Source of the DNA: an archaeon GW2011_AR15
Lineage (GTDB): Archaea > Nanobdellota > Nanobdellia > Woesearchaeales > GW2011-AR15
Reading direction: 5' to 3'
NCBI GenBank assembly: GCA_000830295.1
Contig: CP010425.1
Location: 214,033 to 238,032, forward strand
Length of the DNA stretch: 24,000 nucleotides
Position 1 is the first letter of the stretch. The number at the start of each line of letters is the position of its first letter. Below, in pieces: positions 7,234 through 15,260 of the stretch. The position numbers and the translations under genes were made by a program. The notes under the pieces are model-generated. The model made no database searches. It was not told where the DNA came from and saw only the letters and a list, made by a program, of their open reading frames with translations.

Positions 7234-8388
7234 CTAAATTTTCTTAATATATCCCCTGACATATTTCAGTATCTCCTCTCCTGATGCTATGTTGAAGCTT
7301 ATTCCCCCTGCAGAATCGTGGCCTCCTCCTGAAAGCAGGGCGGCAGGGAACTCCTTCTTCAGCTTTTCCAGGAGGTCAACACCTTTAAAATCAACTCCGT
7401 CTGCCCTGTAGCTGATTGAATCTGCCGTAACTGCAAGCGTTATTTTGGGCCCCTCGACAAGCCTGTGGGATATCCCTATCAGTTTTGAGGATGCATATTC
7501 CCAGTCAGAGACAAGGCTTTTCTCTATTATGACTAATTTGAATTTTCCAAAATCCTCTATCTTTGCATATTTCTTTGCTGCTGCCCTTACTCTCTCTGTC
7601 TCCGCTTCAATCCTGGGATAGATTTCATTGATTATCCTGGTATTATTGGCTCCCGGCATGAACAAACCCTCAAGTATGTCTGTCCTCTCAGGGAATTTGA
7701 GGTAATAAGTATCATGGTCAATCACAGCTGCCCACTTCTCAAGCTCTTCTCTGGTGTATCCTGACAGCTTTACATACGCATCATTATCCTCTCCTGACGA
7801 CTTGTCAGCGACTCCTGAGAGACCCGGGAGATGCTCTATTCCCTTTAGTGCAGGGTCAAGTATGACAGCAAGTTCTGTTGCAAGTGCGCCTGCATTCAGC
7901 TCTGAGCCGAGCCCGAAAACATGAGGGTTCAGGAAGCTTACTGCCTCGTGCTTGTTTTCAGCATCGAACCTGTGGTGGTCTATTATTACAAATTCAATGC
8001 CGTATGTTTTCAGCCTCTTTATTGATGCCATGCTCTGCTCATTTGAGCCCAGGTCTGCAAGTATGATTAAAGGGGGCGTAGTGCTTTTTGAAGAAAGGAA
8101 ATTATTGAGGTCGCGCAGTGCATCTGTGTAATCATAGAATGGTGTCCTGCTGGACGTTCTCATAATGTTCCTGCTGTAGCCAATTGAATTCAGTGCTTTT
8201 TCAAGCACAAACCCTGCAGCATATCCGTCTACGTCGTTATGATGGCGTATTACTACGAACCTGTTCTCGGAAACAGCTTTTCTTATTACTGATTCTGCCT
8301 TCAGGAAAGCCTCTTTCATCTTTTCAAGGTTCCCGGAATCTATAAGAAAACCTTTCTTCCTGTCTTTCACAATGTCTTTTATCATCAT
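7234..8388 (-). CDS. DHH/DHHA1-family phosphoesterase (RecJ-like or NrnA-like)
   Basis: Motifs seen are HHNDVDGYAAG (motif I), ILADLGS (motif II), IIDHHR (DHH motif) and GGGHDSAGG (DHHA1). The likely start is the MMIKD ATG pair at 8388/8385. The ORF-track start at 8433 adds 15 aa overlapping the upstream ORF. Confidence 0.8.
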   Translation of the reverse strand: MMIKDIVKDRKKGFLIDSGNLEKMKEAFLKAESVIRKAVSENRFVVIRHHNDVDGYAAGFVLEKALNSIGYSRNIMRTSSRTPFYDYTDALRDLNNFLSSKSTTPPLIILADLGSNEQSMASIKRLKTYGIEFVIIDHHRFDAENKHEAVSFLNPHVFGLGSELNAGALATELAVILDPALKGIEHLPGLSGVADKSSGEDNDAYVKLSGYTREELEKWAAVIDHDTYYLKFPERTDILEGLFMPGANNTRIINEIYPRIEAETERVRAAAKKYAKIEDFGKFKLVIIEKSLVSDWEYASSKLIGISHRLVEGPKITLAVTADSISYRADGVDFKGVDLLEKLKKEFPAALLSGGGHDSAGGISFNIASGEEILKYVRGYIKKI

Positions 8389-8672
8389 CTTTCCAGAATA
8401 TTTCCGTAGTCCCTTTTTCCCGAGTCCTGCCACGGGCTGTGACCGTAATGGACAAGGAGGTCCACGCCGAGCCTCTTGACTTCAAGAGGGAGGTCGCAGC
8501 TGCCGTAGCATGAGCCGCCCCAGATTATTACCTGGGCCCCTGTCTGCTTTTCTATCTCTTCCTGCATTTTTTTTGCATCCGGCTTTATGCCGTCCGGAAG
8601 ATGAAGACAGACTGTCTTTGCTCCCTGCTTCTTTATCTCATCCACCAATCTCTTTATCTCAAGCTTATACAT
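8385..8672 (-). CDS. dph2: Truncated Dph2-like ORF: only the N-terminal ~90 aa of 2-(3-amino-3-carboxypropyl)histidine synthase; probable gene remnant
   Basis: The sequence YKLEIKRLVDEIKKQGAKTVCLHLPDGIK...VIIWGGSCYGSCD...LGVDLLVHYGHS aligns by eye to the first ~80 aa of archaeal Dph2. The ORF then ends after 16 unrelated residues. Full-length Dph2 is about 330 aa as I recall. The stop TGA overlaps the DHH start (AGATGATGA). Confidence 0.7.
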   Translation of the reverse strand: MYKLEIKRLVDEIKKQGAKTVCLHLPDGIKPDAKKMQEEIEKQTGAQVIIWGGSCYGSCDLPLEVKRLGVDLLVHYGHSPWQDSGKRDYGNILER

Positions 8673-8695
8673 ACTGCAAAGGGAGAAAGAGGCCA

Positions 8696-8706
8696 TATAT
8701 AAAAAT
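8696..8706 (-). promoter_or_regulatory. TATA-like box driving the dph2-fragment/DHH transcription unit
   Basis: The minus-strand sequence is tttttatatat. It is centred about 27 nt upstream of ATG 8672, implying a leaderless start at 8672. The ORF-track ATG at 8696 lies inside this box and is therefore unlikely to be the start. Confidence 0.4.
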
Positions 8707-8738
8707 GATTGGTAATCTCAGAAAAGGAAAAAATAAAT

Positions 8739-8864
8739 TTAGTCTGCGGCAACCTCAAGGGAATTGTCATCTTCTGACTTTTTCCATTTCTTGCCGTTTT
8801 CATCGCATTTTGGAATATCCATAAAATAAGTTGTGTTTGTCTTTGACTTTCTTATTCTTGCCAT
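8739..8864 (-). CDS. Candidate small ORF (41 aa) of unknown function
   Basis: The product is MARIRKSKTNTTYFMDIPKCDENGKKWKKSEDDNSLEVAAD. Its charged composition is protein-like, unlike the Leu/Ser/Phe-rich plus-strand shadow ORFs here. An AAGGA lies 9 nt upstream. No homology was recognised. Confidence 0.2.
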   Translation of the reverse strand: MARIRKSKTNTTYFMDIPKCDENGKKWKKSEDDNSLEVAAD

Positions 8865-8898
8865 TGGTTCATCCTTGCTTAAAGCTGTCTCTGCTCTG

Positions 8899-9036
8899 TT
8901 ATGATGATAAAAATAACTCGTCCATCTCCTCTTCAGTAAGATTCCTGTCGTTAATTGCCTTGGAGAAGTCCTTATTCCTTCTGGATGCATACCTTTTCAC
9001 TTTTTTCAGAGTGTCTATGTCGTCTTGGTCGTACAT
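8899..9036 (-). CDS. Candidate small ORF (45 aa) of unknown function, below the ORF-track cutoff
   Basis: I translated this by hand as MYDQDDIDTLKKVKRYASRRNKDFSKAINDRNLTEEEMDELFLSS with a TAA stop. The composition looks helical and charged. It is co-directional with all neighbouring genes and preceded by the structured element at 9049-9128. Confidence 0.3.
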   Translation of the reverse strand: MYDQDDIDTLKKVKRYASRRNKDFSKAINDRNLTEEEMDELFLSS

Positions 9037-9048
9037 CTTCCATCACGG

Positions 9049-9128
9049 TTAAGACTTTTTGCGTAAGGGCTGTTCTTGTGGGTGGGGTGATAGTAAGAAA
9101 TTTGCCCTTACGCAAAAGTTCTTACTAT
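9049..9128 (-). other. Structured inverted-repeat element with alternative stem-loops; possible 5' UTR, cis-regulatory RNA or small ncRNA
   Basis: Stem A is a 14-nt perfect inverted repeat (9057-9070 ttttgcgtaagggc with 9104-9117 gcccttacgcaaaa) with a 33-nt loop. Stem B is 10 nt perfect (9090-9099 atagtaagaa with 9119-9128 ttcttactat) plus an inner tttgc/gcaaa pairing (9101-9105 with 9112-9116). Stems A and B compete for 9104-9117. A TATA-like box (tttatata, minus strand, about 9146-9153) lies just upstream. The strand assignment is an inference. Confidence 0.4.
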
Positions 9129-9203
9129 GAAGTAGTGGTGTTGAGTATATAAATCTTTCTATTTTTAACTATTATAGAGTAACAACTTGATTAATATGGA
9201 GAA

Positions 9204-9530
9204 TTATTTTGTTTTGGCAGGAGAATATGGAAAGCGCATGTAGTTCCTGCATTTATGGCAGAAATAGACAACTTTCTGGCCTGTCAGCCTTACACGGCAA
9301 TTAGCTCCAGGAACTAGATAGGTGTAGCAGTGCTTGCAGAACCTTCTCTTGTGCTGCCTTGGCATTGTGACCTTGTATTTCATGCCTATTTTCCTGGCCA
9401 GTTCTACATACCTGTCTGCAAGATCAGGGCTTTTCCTGAAAACTTTCTCTGCCTGGCTGAAGAGCTCATTTATCCTCTCCAGGGCTATCTCCTTCAGCTG
9501 GCCTGATTTTTTGCTGTGCGGCCTTTTCAT
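9204..9530 (-). CDS. rnp4: RNase P protein component 4 (Rpp21/Rpr2 family)
   Basis: 108 aa starting at the internal ATG at 9530. The sequence IALERINELFSQAEKVF...PDLADRYVELARKIGMKYKV..P...KRRFCKHCYTYLVPGANCRVRL...CHKCRNYMRFPY matches the archaeal Rpp21 zinc-ribbon signature. Confidence 0.9.
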   Translation of the reverse strand: MKRPHSKKSGQLKEIALERINELFSQAEKVFRKSPDLADRYVELARKIGMKYKVTMPRQHKRRFCKHCYTYLVPGANCRVRLTGQKVVYFCHKCRNYMRFPYSPAKTK

Positions 9531-9603
9531 GGCAGGAGAGAATTGGGGCAGCTTAATAATTGTTGCCACAAAATTTATAACCCCAAAATGAATTAATAGG
9601 GCC

Positions 9604-9864
9604 ATGGGCCACATATTCTGCCGGCTGAGGAATGTCAGTGTAAGTGATATAAGGGCAAGGCTGAAGGCAGATGAAAAAGAGCATGCCAAATACGGCCTCT
9701 ATCTTGAAAATGTCTGGCAGAATGCAGATAATCCTGATGAAGTGCTGTTTTTGTTCAGGGCATATGACCTGAAGAAAGCAAGGGATTTCATTGAGGCCAA
9801 GCATAAAGAGACGCTTGAGCAGAACCCAGAGGCTAATCTCCCGCAGATGATATTTCTTGAGTGA
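9604..9864 (+). CDS. Small hypothetical protein, possibly a ferredoxin-like alpha+beta fold
   Basis: 86 aa with a normal charged composition. A TATA-like aaatttataa lies about 30 nt upstream. It is divergent from rnp4. No confident family assignment. Confidence 0.45.
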   Translation: MGHIFCRLRNVSVSDIRARLKADEKEHAKYGLYLENVWQNADNPDEVLFLFRAYDLKKARDFIEAKHKETLEQNPEANLPQMIFLE

Positions 9865-9884
9865 ATAGGCTGTTTTCAATCAAC

Positions 9885-10436
9885 TTATAGTTCCAGAAGT
9901 TTTTCGAGTAAAGGGAATTCTTTGTAGGGCTGATTGAAAGACTCAGAGCCCATATGCCCTTCTCCATGAAGAATGATTAGCTTGCCGCCGAGATGTTCAA
10001 ACATAAAATATCCTTCCTTATCATCACATCCCCAGGGATCATTATCTGAATTTATGAAAATAATCTCTTTGGCGTTATGCTTTATCTTCTTCCAGTTATA
10101 TTTTTCCTGCAATATTAATTCAGTCTTCTTTGCTTTTCCTTTGGGTCTTGCATAGCCTGCCACTAAAACTGCCTTATGGATTCTTACTTTGATGTTTTCT
10201 AAAACTGCCAATGCTAATGGAGCCCCTGCAGAATGCCCGATTATTATGGTCTTATCATTGAATTCCCCGCTTTTAAGCACAAAAGGAAGCTGCGATTTAA
10301 GATTTGGCGTATCGGGCTCCGGAAGCGAAGGTACCCACACATCATACCCTTTGTTCTGTAAAAATTCTTTTATCTTGGGCTGCCAGAATGAATTTGGATT
10401 GCAGGAGGTTCCATGCAGGATAATTGCATTCTTCAT
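9885..10436 (-). CDS. Alpha/beta serine hydrolase of the YdeN/RBBP9 type
   Basis: 183 aa with the N-terminal ILHG motif, the nucleophile elbow GHSAG, and a C-terminal D...GH (SDNDPW...HGEGHMG). The length is typical of this family. Confidence 0.7.
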   Translation of the reverse strand: MKNAIILHGTSCNPNSFWQPKIKEFLQNKGYDVWVPSLPEPDTPNLKSQLPFVLKSGEFNDKTIIIGHSAGAPLALAVLENIKVRIHKAVLVAGYARPKGKAKKTELILQEKYNWKKIKHNAKEIIFINSDNDPWGCDDKEGYFMFEHLGGKLIILHGEGHMGSESFNQPYKEFPLLEKLLEL

Positions 10437-10492
10437 GCATGAAAGAGGTTTTCCTTTGTATATAAATATTACCTGATAAAACAGGACTAAAT

Positions 10493-10517
10493 AAATATTT
10501 AAACTGGCAAATATTTG
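10493..10517. promoter_or_regulatory. Pair of AAATATTT boxes upstream of the ArsR-family gene; candidate operator overlapping the promoter
   Basis: The boxes are aaatattt at 10493-10500 and caaatatttg (a perfect 10-nt palindrome) at 10508-10517, 16 nt apart start to start. The same motif pair with the same spacing occurs at 10792-10818. Confidence 0.45.
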
Positions 10518-10525
10518 CTGTGATT

Positions 10526-10774
10526 ATGGACGTGTCAGAATATTTCGGGATACTTGCAGACAAGACAAGATTAAGGATAATAGACTTTCTGCAGGATGGG
10601 GAAAAATGCGCCTGCGAAATAGTGCCATACACCGGCAAATCACAGCCAAACGTCTCGCTTCACCTCAAAAAGATGGAAGAAATCGGGATATTATCTTCAA
10701 GGAAAGACGCTACCAGGGTATTGTATAAAATAAAGGATAAAAGAGTAAATGAACTTCTCAAAATTCTAAAATAA
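10526..10774 (+). CDS. ArsR/SmtB-family winged-helix transcriptional regulator
   Basis: The sequence FGILADKTRLRIIDFLQDGEKCACEI....SQPNVSLHLKKMEEIGILSSRKD....YKI is a typical ArsR HTH. The ORF-track start at 10520 is a GTG, and the ATG is at 10526. Confidence 0.85.
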   Translation: MDVSEYFGILADKTRLRIIDFLQDGEKCACEIVPYTGKSQPNVSLHLKKMEEIGILSSRKDATRVLYKIKDKRVNELLKILK

Positions 10775-10791
10775 CAAGATATTTAAGTTAG

Positions 10792-10818
10792 TAAATATTT
10801 GTGAATATAAATATTTGT
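10792..10818. promoter_or_regulatory. Second pair of TAAATATTTGT boxes upstream of the permease gene
   Basis: The sequence taaatatttgt occurs at 10792-10802 and again at 10808-10818, 16 nt apart. A GAGG Shine-Dalgarno-like box follows at 10822-10825, about 10 nt before the ATG at 10835. Confidence 0.45.
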
Positions 10819-10834
10819 AAAGAGGATTAATATC

Positions 10835-11815
10835 ATGGATATTTTTAGCCCTGTCCGGTCATTTGCAGACCTTATTACCTATGATTTACTTAATCTGGGA
10901 AAGGACTCTTATCTCGGAAGTGCGGCAAATTTCTTCATATATGATGTAATAAAGATTGGTTTCCTCCTTCTGATAATAAACTATAGCATGGCAGTCATAA
11001 GATATTATTTCCCAATGGAAAAAGTAAAAAATATCCTGACAAAAAGAAGATGGCTCGGCCTGGATTATCTGTTTGCAGCCCTGCTCGGCGTCATAACTCC
11101 CTTTTGCTCATGCTCATCAATACCTCTCTTTATAGGCTTTGTAGGAGCAGGCATCCCGCTTGGAGTGACCTTTGCTTTCCTGATCAGCTCTCCGCTCGTG
11201 AATGAGGCCTCCCTTTATCTCTTCCCTGCAATGTTCGGGATAAAAGCTACCCTGATCTATAATATAATCGGAATTGCTGTAGCAGTAACCGGAGGGATGA
11301 TTATACAGAAGCTTAAGCTTGATAAATATGTAAGCCGGGAGCTATTGAAATTCAGGTCCAGGCTGCAAATCTTAAAAGAGCAGGGTGGCAGGCCGCTGCA
11401 GCTTAAAGAACTTGTTAGATACTGGTGGCAGGACGGATGGAATATAACAAGACAGGTTTTCCCTTATGTTCTGCTGGGCGTTGGCATCGGAGCTGCTATC
11501 CACGGGTTTGTCCCTGCCAGCCTGGCAGAAAGATACCTGTCTTCAAAAGAGTGGTGGGCAGTGCCTCTTGCAGTTCTCATCGGTGCGCCGTTTTATGCAA
11601 ATTCTGTAGGAGTCATCCCGGTAATGGAAGCACTGGTCGGAAAAGGAGTGCCTCTTGGGACTGCATTGGCATTCATGACGTCTATAGTAACTGTCTCAGT
11701 CCCCGAGCTACTAATCCTTAGAAAAGTTATGAAATGGCAGCTTCTAGCCACATTTTTGAGCATTACAATTATTGGAATTGTTATTATGGGGTATGCTTTG
11801 AATGCAATCCTATGA
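10835..11815 (+). CDS. Permease of the ArsP/DUF318 type (predicted two-repeat membrane transporter)
   Basis: 326 aa, polytopic. It has the TPFCSCSSIPLF motif characteristic of this family and sits directly downstream of the ArsR-family regulator. Confidence 0.7.
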   Translation: MDIFSPVRSFADLITYDLLNLGKDSYLGSAANFFIYDVIKIGFLLLIINYSMAVIRYYFPMEKVKNILTKRRWLGLDYLFAALLGVITPFCSCSSIPLFIGFVGAGIPLGVTFAFLISSPLVNEASLYLFPAMFGIKATLIYNIIGIAVAVTGGMIIQKLKLDKYVSRELLKFRSRLQILKEQGGRPLQLKELVRYWWQDGWNITRQVFPYVLLGVGIGAAIHGFVPASLAERYLSSKEWWAVPLAVLIGAPFYANSVGVIPVMEALVGKGVPLGTALAFMTSIVTVSVPELLILRKVMKWQLLATFLSITIIGIVIMGYALNAIL

Positions 11816-11833
11816 ATCTTTAGAGAAAAGGAG

Positions 11834-11930
11834 TAGCCCCGCCAGGATTTGAACCTGGGTCGCAAGGTGCCTCCAGTGAAATTATTCATCTGCCAGAGCC
11901 TTGCATGATTGGCCGCTACACTACGGGGCT
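11834..11930 (-). tRNA. tRNA-Gln (anticodon CUG) with a 24-nt intron after position 37; CCA not encoded
   Basis: Hand-folded. The acceptor stem is AGCCCCG/CGGGGCT (A1-U72) and the D-loop is AGCGGCCAA. The anticodon stem is CAAGG/CCTTG with loop CU-CUG-G[intron]A. The T-arm is CCAGG-TTCAAAT-CCTGG and the discriminator is A. The intron cagatgaataatttcactggaggc pairs back onto the anticodon loop (CUCUGG with CUGGAG). Confidence 0.85.
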
Positions 11931-11979
11931 AAAGTGTGTTAGTTATAATTTGATGAGAAATCTAGGTGTTTTATAAGAT

Positions 11980-12753
11980 TTATTCTTTTTTCTTGGCTGC
12001 TTTTGCCTTTGGCTCTTTTTTTACAGCAGGCTTTTTTGCAGCTGCCTTCTTCTTTGGCTTTTCTTCCTTGGCTTCTGCTGGCGTTTCCTCGGTCTTGGGA
12101 ATGCCTGCTTCAATATCCTCAGCTTTTGGCTCTTCAGCGAGAGCTTTCTCCTGTGCCTTCTTGCTTACATATTCATCCGGCTCTTTCTCCACAACCCTGA
12201 TGATGATGCCCTTCAGAGGATAAATCACATTGAATTTCTTCTTCAGGTCATTCTGTATCTTGTTCTGTATGATCTCAGTATAGAGCTCTTCATAGGAAAC
12301 GCCTGTAACAAACTTAACTAGTTCTGCCTTAAGCTCTGCTCTCAGCTTCTTTTCAACAGACCTGCTTACCTTCTCCCTTGTTATAAGAAGCGGCTTGATC
12401 CTGATTTTTACACCGTCTTTTGTGGAAACGACGAAAGACTCATCTATCCTTGTAATGCTTCTCCTCATGAGCCTTTTTACAGATGAGGGAAGATATTCAT
12501 AAGAAACTATTTTTGTCTGGAGCTTGTTATCCTTGAAATCAGCTATCTGGAACTTGACTGCAATATTCTGCGACTTTATGTCACCTGTAACCTGCATAAG
12601 ATTGACTTTCACAGTCCTCTTTATAGCCTCTGCAGGCTCGCTTAAGAATGATTCCCCTATAACCCTCTCTTCGAGGAATTTGGGAGCAGTTATCTTAATC
12701 CATTTCTTCTTCTTTATGCTTATCCTTGATGTTTTTGGTTTAACAACAGCCAT
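11980..12753 (-). CDS. rps3ae: 30S ribosomal protein S3Ae (eS1) with a ~55-aa Lys/Ala/Glu-rich C-terminal extension
   Basis: The sequence KKKKWIKITAPKFL....IGE......A...R.VKVNLMQVTGD...Q....KFQI and the following region match the eS1 family. The tail is EEPKAEDIEAGIPKTEETPAEAKEEKPKKKAAAKKPAVKKEPKAKAAKKKE. Confidence 0.9.
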   Translation of the reverse strand: MAVVKPKTSRISIKKKKWIKITAPKFLEERVIGESFLSEPAEAIKRTVKVNLMQVTGDIKSQNIAVKFQIADFKDNKLQTKIVSYEYLPSSVKRLMRRSITRIDESFVVSTKDGVKIRIKPLLITREKVSRSVEKKLRAELKAELVKFVTGVSYEELYTEIIQNKIQNDLKKKFNVIYPLKGIIIRVVEKEPDEYVSKKAQEKALAEEPKAEDIEAGIPKTEETPAEAKEEKPKKKAAAKKPAVKKEPKAKAAKKKE

Positions 12754-12805
12754 ATGCTGTTTGAATTTGTGTATAGTTTAAAAAGCTTTTGGAGAATGGT
12801 AACAG

Positions 12806-13150
12806 TTACCGGAACTGTTTAAAGAAGTGAAGATACACTGCTGCTGCATTAGGCCCGAATTCTCCCACGCCTTTCCTGGCTACTTCACCAGCAGACAATA
12901 TCCTCTCGGCCGAATGCACTGATGAGTACAAAAGCCTGTAATCCCCGCCCAGGCCAATCTCCGGGTTTTCTGGGTCATTCACTCCGTCATATGAGACCTG
13001 GGTTCTTACATAGAACGTATGTACCGTGTCTGGCTGGTAAATCCCAATATAAGCTGAATTTCTGGTTAGCCTATCGCCATGCCCTACATTCGCCAGGACC
13101 CAGACAAAATCTCCTGGGCTAATTTTTCTCTCCAGGTCTGATTTATTCAT
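12806..13150 (-). CDS. Hypothetical protein (114 aa) with no recognised family
   Basis: An intact ORF with ordinary composition. It has its own A/T box (tatatatttataaata, minus strand) about 25-35 nt upstream, in the 38-nt gap after gyrB. Confidence 0.45.
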   Translation of the reverse strand: MNKSDLERKISPGDFVWVLANVGHGDRLTRNSAYIGIYQPDTVHTFYVRTQVSYDGVNDPENPEIGLGGDYRLLYSSVHSAERILSAGEVARKGVGEFGPNAAAVYLHFFKQFR

Positions 13151-13188
13151 CCTGTAACGAGAACTATAAGTTATTTATAAATATATAA

Positions 13189-15087
<1,899 letters not shown>

Positions 15088-15260
15088 CTAACTCATTGAT
15101 GATTTTTCTTCTGGAATTTTATGCGAGAAAACCCCCTTTTCTCCTCTATAAATACTGAAAGTTCGGGCATATTTAAATGTTGTGGTAAGTTTGACAGAAG
15201 GAGGATAATTTTAAATATATATTAATTAATCTAAACTTAAGAGGTGGGACACGCACCCGC

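Noticed and set aside
9531-9689. The ORF-track N-terminal extension would make the RNase P protein 161 aa. Similar extensions occur at 20613-20723 for rpoP, 19949-20005 for the HAD gene, 8389-8433 for the DHH gene and 8673-8696 for dph2.
   Set aside because: The extensions are hydrophobic or low-complexity and overlap neighbouring genes or promoter boxes. They also precede internal ATGs that give family-typical N-termini (MKRPHSKK..., MVLYKCFQC..., MKLVMFDYDG..., MMIKDIV..., MYKLEIKRL...).
11425-11721. A 98-aa ORF in an alternative frame within the permease gene, and 11593-11889 on the minus strand spanning the tRNA.
   Set aside because: The first is fully nested in a gene with a clear family motif, and its Arg/Cys/Pro-rich composition is typical of off-frame translation. 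The second runs through the tRNA gene.
10437-11979. The tRNA-Gln could mark a tRNA-linked integrated element, with the ArsR-permease pair as cargo.
   Set aside because: No integrase or recombinase gene is present. I could find no second copy of the tRNA 3' half (a candidate att repeat) in the window. The flanking genes look like ordinary chromosomal genes.
15098-15156. Possible C/D-box sRNA: a UGAUGA at 15098-15103 and a CUGA at 15153-15156 in the gyrB/aminotransferase intergenic region.
   Set aside because: There are no credible internal D' or C' boxes at the expected about 12-nt guide spacing and no terminal complementary stem. The UGAUGA is part of the 16-nt direct repeat described separately.
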